A DNA stretch of 64,000 nucleotides from Hemiscyllium ocellatum (Eukaryota), in contig NC_083409.1 of NCBI RefSeq assembly GCF_020745735.1, forward strand, positions 18,620,341 to 18,684,340, read 5' to 3'. Both the position numbers and the translations under genes were made by a program. Shown here one piece after another: positions 61,560 to 64,000 of this stretch. Within the stretch, counting starts at the first letter, position 1, and each line of letters starts with the position of its first letter. The notes under the pieces were generated by a model, which was not told where the DNA came from, did no database searches, and saw nothing but the letters and a program-made list of their open reading frames with translations.

Positions 61560-63125
61560 ACTGTGTCCTTGTGAACCTTTTCCAAACATTTCCATGTGAT
61601 CTGTCAGCTTCCTTCAACTCTTCCCATTTCCTCCAAATCCAGTGGGTGGCCATGGGTCCCAGCTATGTCTGCTTGTTGTCGGCTACAACAAACAACACCT
61701 CACCAGTACATGCACAGGCACCGCTCCCCAAATCTTCCGCCATTACATCAGTGACTGCATCAGTGCTGCATCCTGCACTCAGGCTGAACTGGAGCTGTTC
61801 ATCAACTTTGCTAAGAACTTCCAACCTGCCCTTAAATTCACGTAGTCTATCTTGGACAAATCCCTCTCCTTTCTTGACCGCCCCATTTCCATCTCCGGTG
61901 ACAGTCTAGGAACAGACATTTACTGTAAATCCACAGACTCACACAACTACCTGGTCAACACCTCCTCCCAACCAGTATCCTGCAAGAACACCACCCCGTT
62001 TTCCCAATTCTTCCATCTCCGTAATATCTGCTCGAACGAGGAGATGCTCCCCTCCCAAGTGTCCCAGATGTCCACTTATTTTGAACAATGTACTTTTCCC
62101 ACCTCTGCCATCCAGAAAGCCCTCCACCGCACCTCCTCCATTCTCTGCTCCCCAAATCTAAACACTCCCCTCCAAAATGCAATAGAGACAGGGTCCCCCT
62201 TGTCTTCACCTTACGTCCAATCAATCTCCGCATCCAACGTATCATCCTCAAACAATTCTGACAACTCCAGCTCGACCCCACTATCAAGAACATCTTCCCT
62301 TCCCCACCCCTCTCTGCCTTCCACAAGGACTGTTCCCTTTGCCAATCCTTGGTTTTCACCACACTTCACACCTACCCCCTCCTCCCCCAACAAAACCCTG
62401 GTACCTTCCCCTGCAACTGTAAAAGATGCAAAACCTGCCCACACACCAAACCCTGTCATTTCCATCCAGGGCCCCAGTCCTTCCAGGTCAGACAGAGGTT
62501 CACCTGCCTCTCCTCCAACCTAGTTTATTGTATCCGGTGCACCCGTTGTGGTCTTCTCTGCATCGGTGAGACCAAACGTAAACTAAGGACATGTTTTGAT
62601 GAGCATCTCAGCCATGCTCACAAAGGCTGACCTGGCCTCCCAGTCACTGCCTATTTCAATTCCCCTTCCTATTCCCTCTCTGACATGACTATCCTCTGCC
62701 TCCTCCATTACCATAAGCAATCAGACTGCAAATTGGAGGAACAAATAATTATCTTTTGCCCGGGGTTGCTTACAACCCAGAGGAATCAACATTGAGTTCT
62801 CCAGTTTCAAAAAGCCTGCCTTTCCCAACTTTCGACTCCCTTTCCAGTCCCCCTCCTCCATTCTATTCCACTTACGGACCCTCCCTTCCAGCCACCAAAT
62901 GGATTCATTCCTCCCATCGACTAAGCACTTCCAACCCTCTACCTGTGTTCATCCATCAATACCTTCCACTCCACCATTCCCCTCCACCCACGCAAACAAC
63001 CGATCCCACCTTGATTTGCAGCTCCCCTTACCCCCACCTGCAGTTCTGAAGAAGGGTTATACCCGAAATGTTGACTGCTCCACCTCCAGATTCTGCCTGA
63101 CTTGCTGTGTTCTTCCAGCCTCCTG
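61560..63125 (+). mobile_element. Penelope-like retroelement, 5' truncated (RT, GIY-YIG endonuclease, terminal repeat)
   Basis: GPSYVCL...QIFRHYISDC...NFQPALKFT; PFSQFFHLRNICSNEE; NLVYCIRCTRCGLLCIGETKRKLRTCFDEHL (GIY-YIG); terminal repeat with hammerhead. Confidence 0.88.
63040..63078 (+). ncRNA. Minimal type I hammerhead ribozyme in the PLE terminal repeat
   Basis: Stem I GCAGTT/GACTGC (6 bp), CTGAAGA, extra A, stem II GGGT-TAT-ACCC, GAAA, T, GTT cleavage triplet. Confidence 0.7.
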
Positions 63126-64000
63126 TAAGCCTCCATCCCAGCCTGGTAACGATCTCGGACACTGGAAGGAAATGCCCAGGGCGCAGGTTAACGTGGTGCA
63201 AAAAGCCTTTCAGCTGAAGCTTCAGTGTTTGCCTTCAGTGTGGATTTTCAGTTACTGATTTACTCCCCTGTTATGTGACAGGAAGAGAGAACACTTGTTG
63301 GTGCAGTGTTTATTTTTAATCATCCCAGGATATTTAAAGCTGCCTGCACAGTGCAATCACCTTCACAAGACAAAATGCTGAGGTCCCAAAATCAGCAAAC
63401 GAATGATGAGACAAATCCTTTTGGTGGCATTAGTTGAATATTGAGCAGGATACCTGAGGGAATCTCTTCAGAATGGGATCTTGTTGAGCCCCCTGAGGTG
63501 GAGGGATTGGGGTCTGGATGGTGCTGGTGGGGCTTTAAATGAACATCCCATACATAACATTGTGTCAGAGTTCACTGCAGTCTCAGCCTGGATTCTGTGC
63601 TCTCATTTCTGAGGTGGCTTTCAATGCAATGACCATTTGACTCTGAAGCAGGAGCATTGCCCATGGAGTCACCGTCAGTAACAATGTAAACTGTGTAGCT
63701 CTGAAAGGATATCATCTCATTCATCAAATCTGTTTCTGCCCCTCTGCAGGCTGACCAGGCTGCCAGTGCCTTTCCAATACTCCCAGGTTTTCCCATGTGC
63801 CACAGCTCATTCTCCTGAAGGATAGTTTACTCAGAGTCAAAAAGTGTGGTGCTGGAAAAGCACAGCAGGTCAGGCAGTCGTGCTCAGGCCGAGGACATGA
63901 CCTTGTCCCTCTGTCAGATTCTCTTCAAGAAACTCATGGCAGTTAGGGAAGGGCAACAGCAAGGAGAGAGATTAGATTAGATTACTTACAGTGTGGAAAC

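Noticed and set aside
21-63125. The two Penelope elements at the window ends as outer arms of one giant palindrome
   Set aside because: They are only ~70% alike, and the sequence between them and the C genes (2400-4980 versus 56920-61500) shows no homology; they are independent insertions.

Overview
Eukaryotic genomic DNA from a cartilaginous fish (shark; an orectolobiform such as nurse or bamboo shark is plausible but cannot be proven from the sequence). The window holds two complete, unrearranged immunoglobulin kappa (shark NS4-type) light-chain clusters arranged head-to-head. Cluster 1 is on the minus strand (leader 18205-18253, V 17720-18018, J 17182-17216, C 5577-5905). Cluster 2 is on the plus strand (leader 46152-46200, V 46387-46685, J 47162-47196, C 55950-56278). 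Both have perfect 12-RSS and 23-RSS, intact splice sites, open frames and a polyA signal. They are the two arms of an inverted duplication (about 4985-24335 versus 40120-56915) around a roughly 16 kb spacer of transposon debris. The rest is mostly decayed mobile DNA: CR1 and L2 LINEs, HE1-type V-SINEs, Deu-domain SINEs, two Penelope-like elements with hammerhead motifs, short palindromic Penelope-end insertions, and a SCAN-bearing Gmr1-like Gypsy relic. Main observations: (1) germline V and J differences between the clusters are concentrated in CDRs and occur as contiguous 2-4 nt blocks, many at AID hotspots, inside an otherwise ~98% identical V cassette; (2) the geometry allows inter-cluster inversional V-J joining; (3) a conserved antisense signal-peptide-like exon, or enhancer, lies in the J-C intron; (4) a perfect PU.1-IRF composite element lies ~5 kb upstream of each V. 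Percent identities are from manual alignment and repeat boundaries are approximate.
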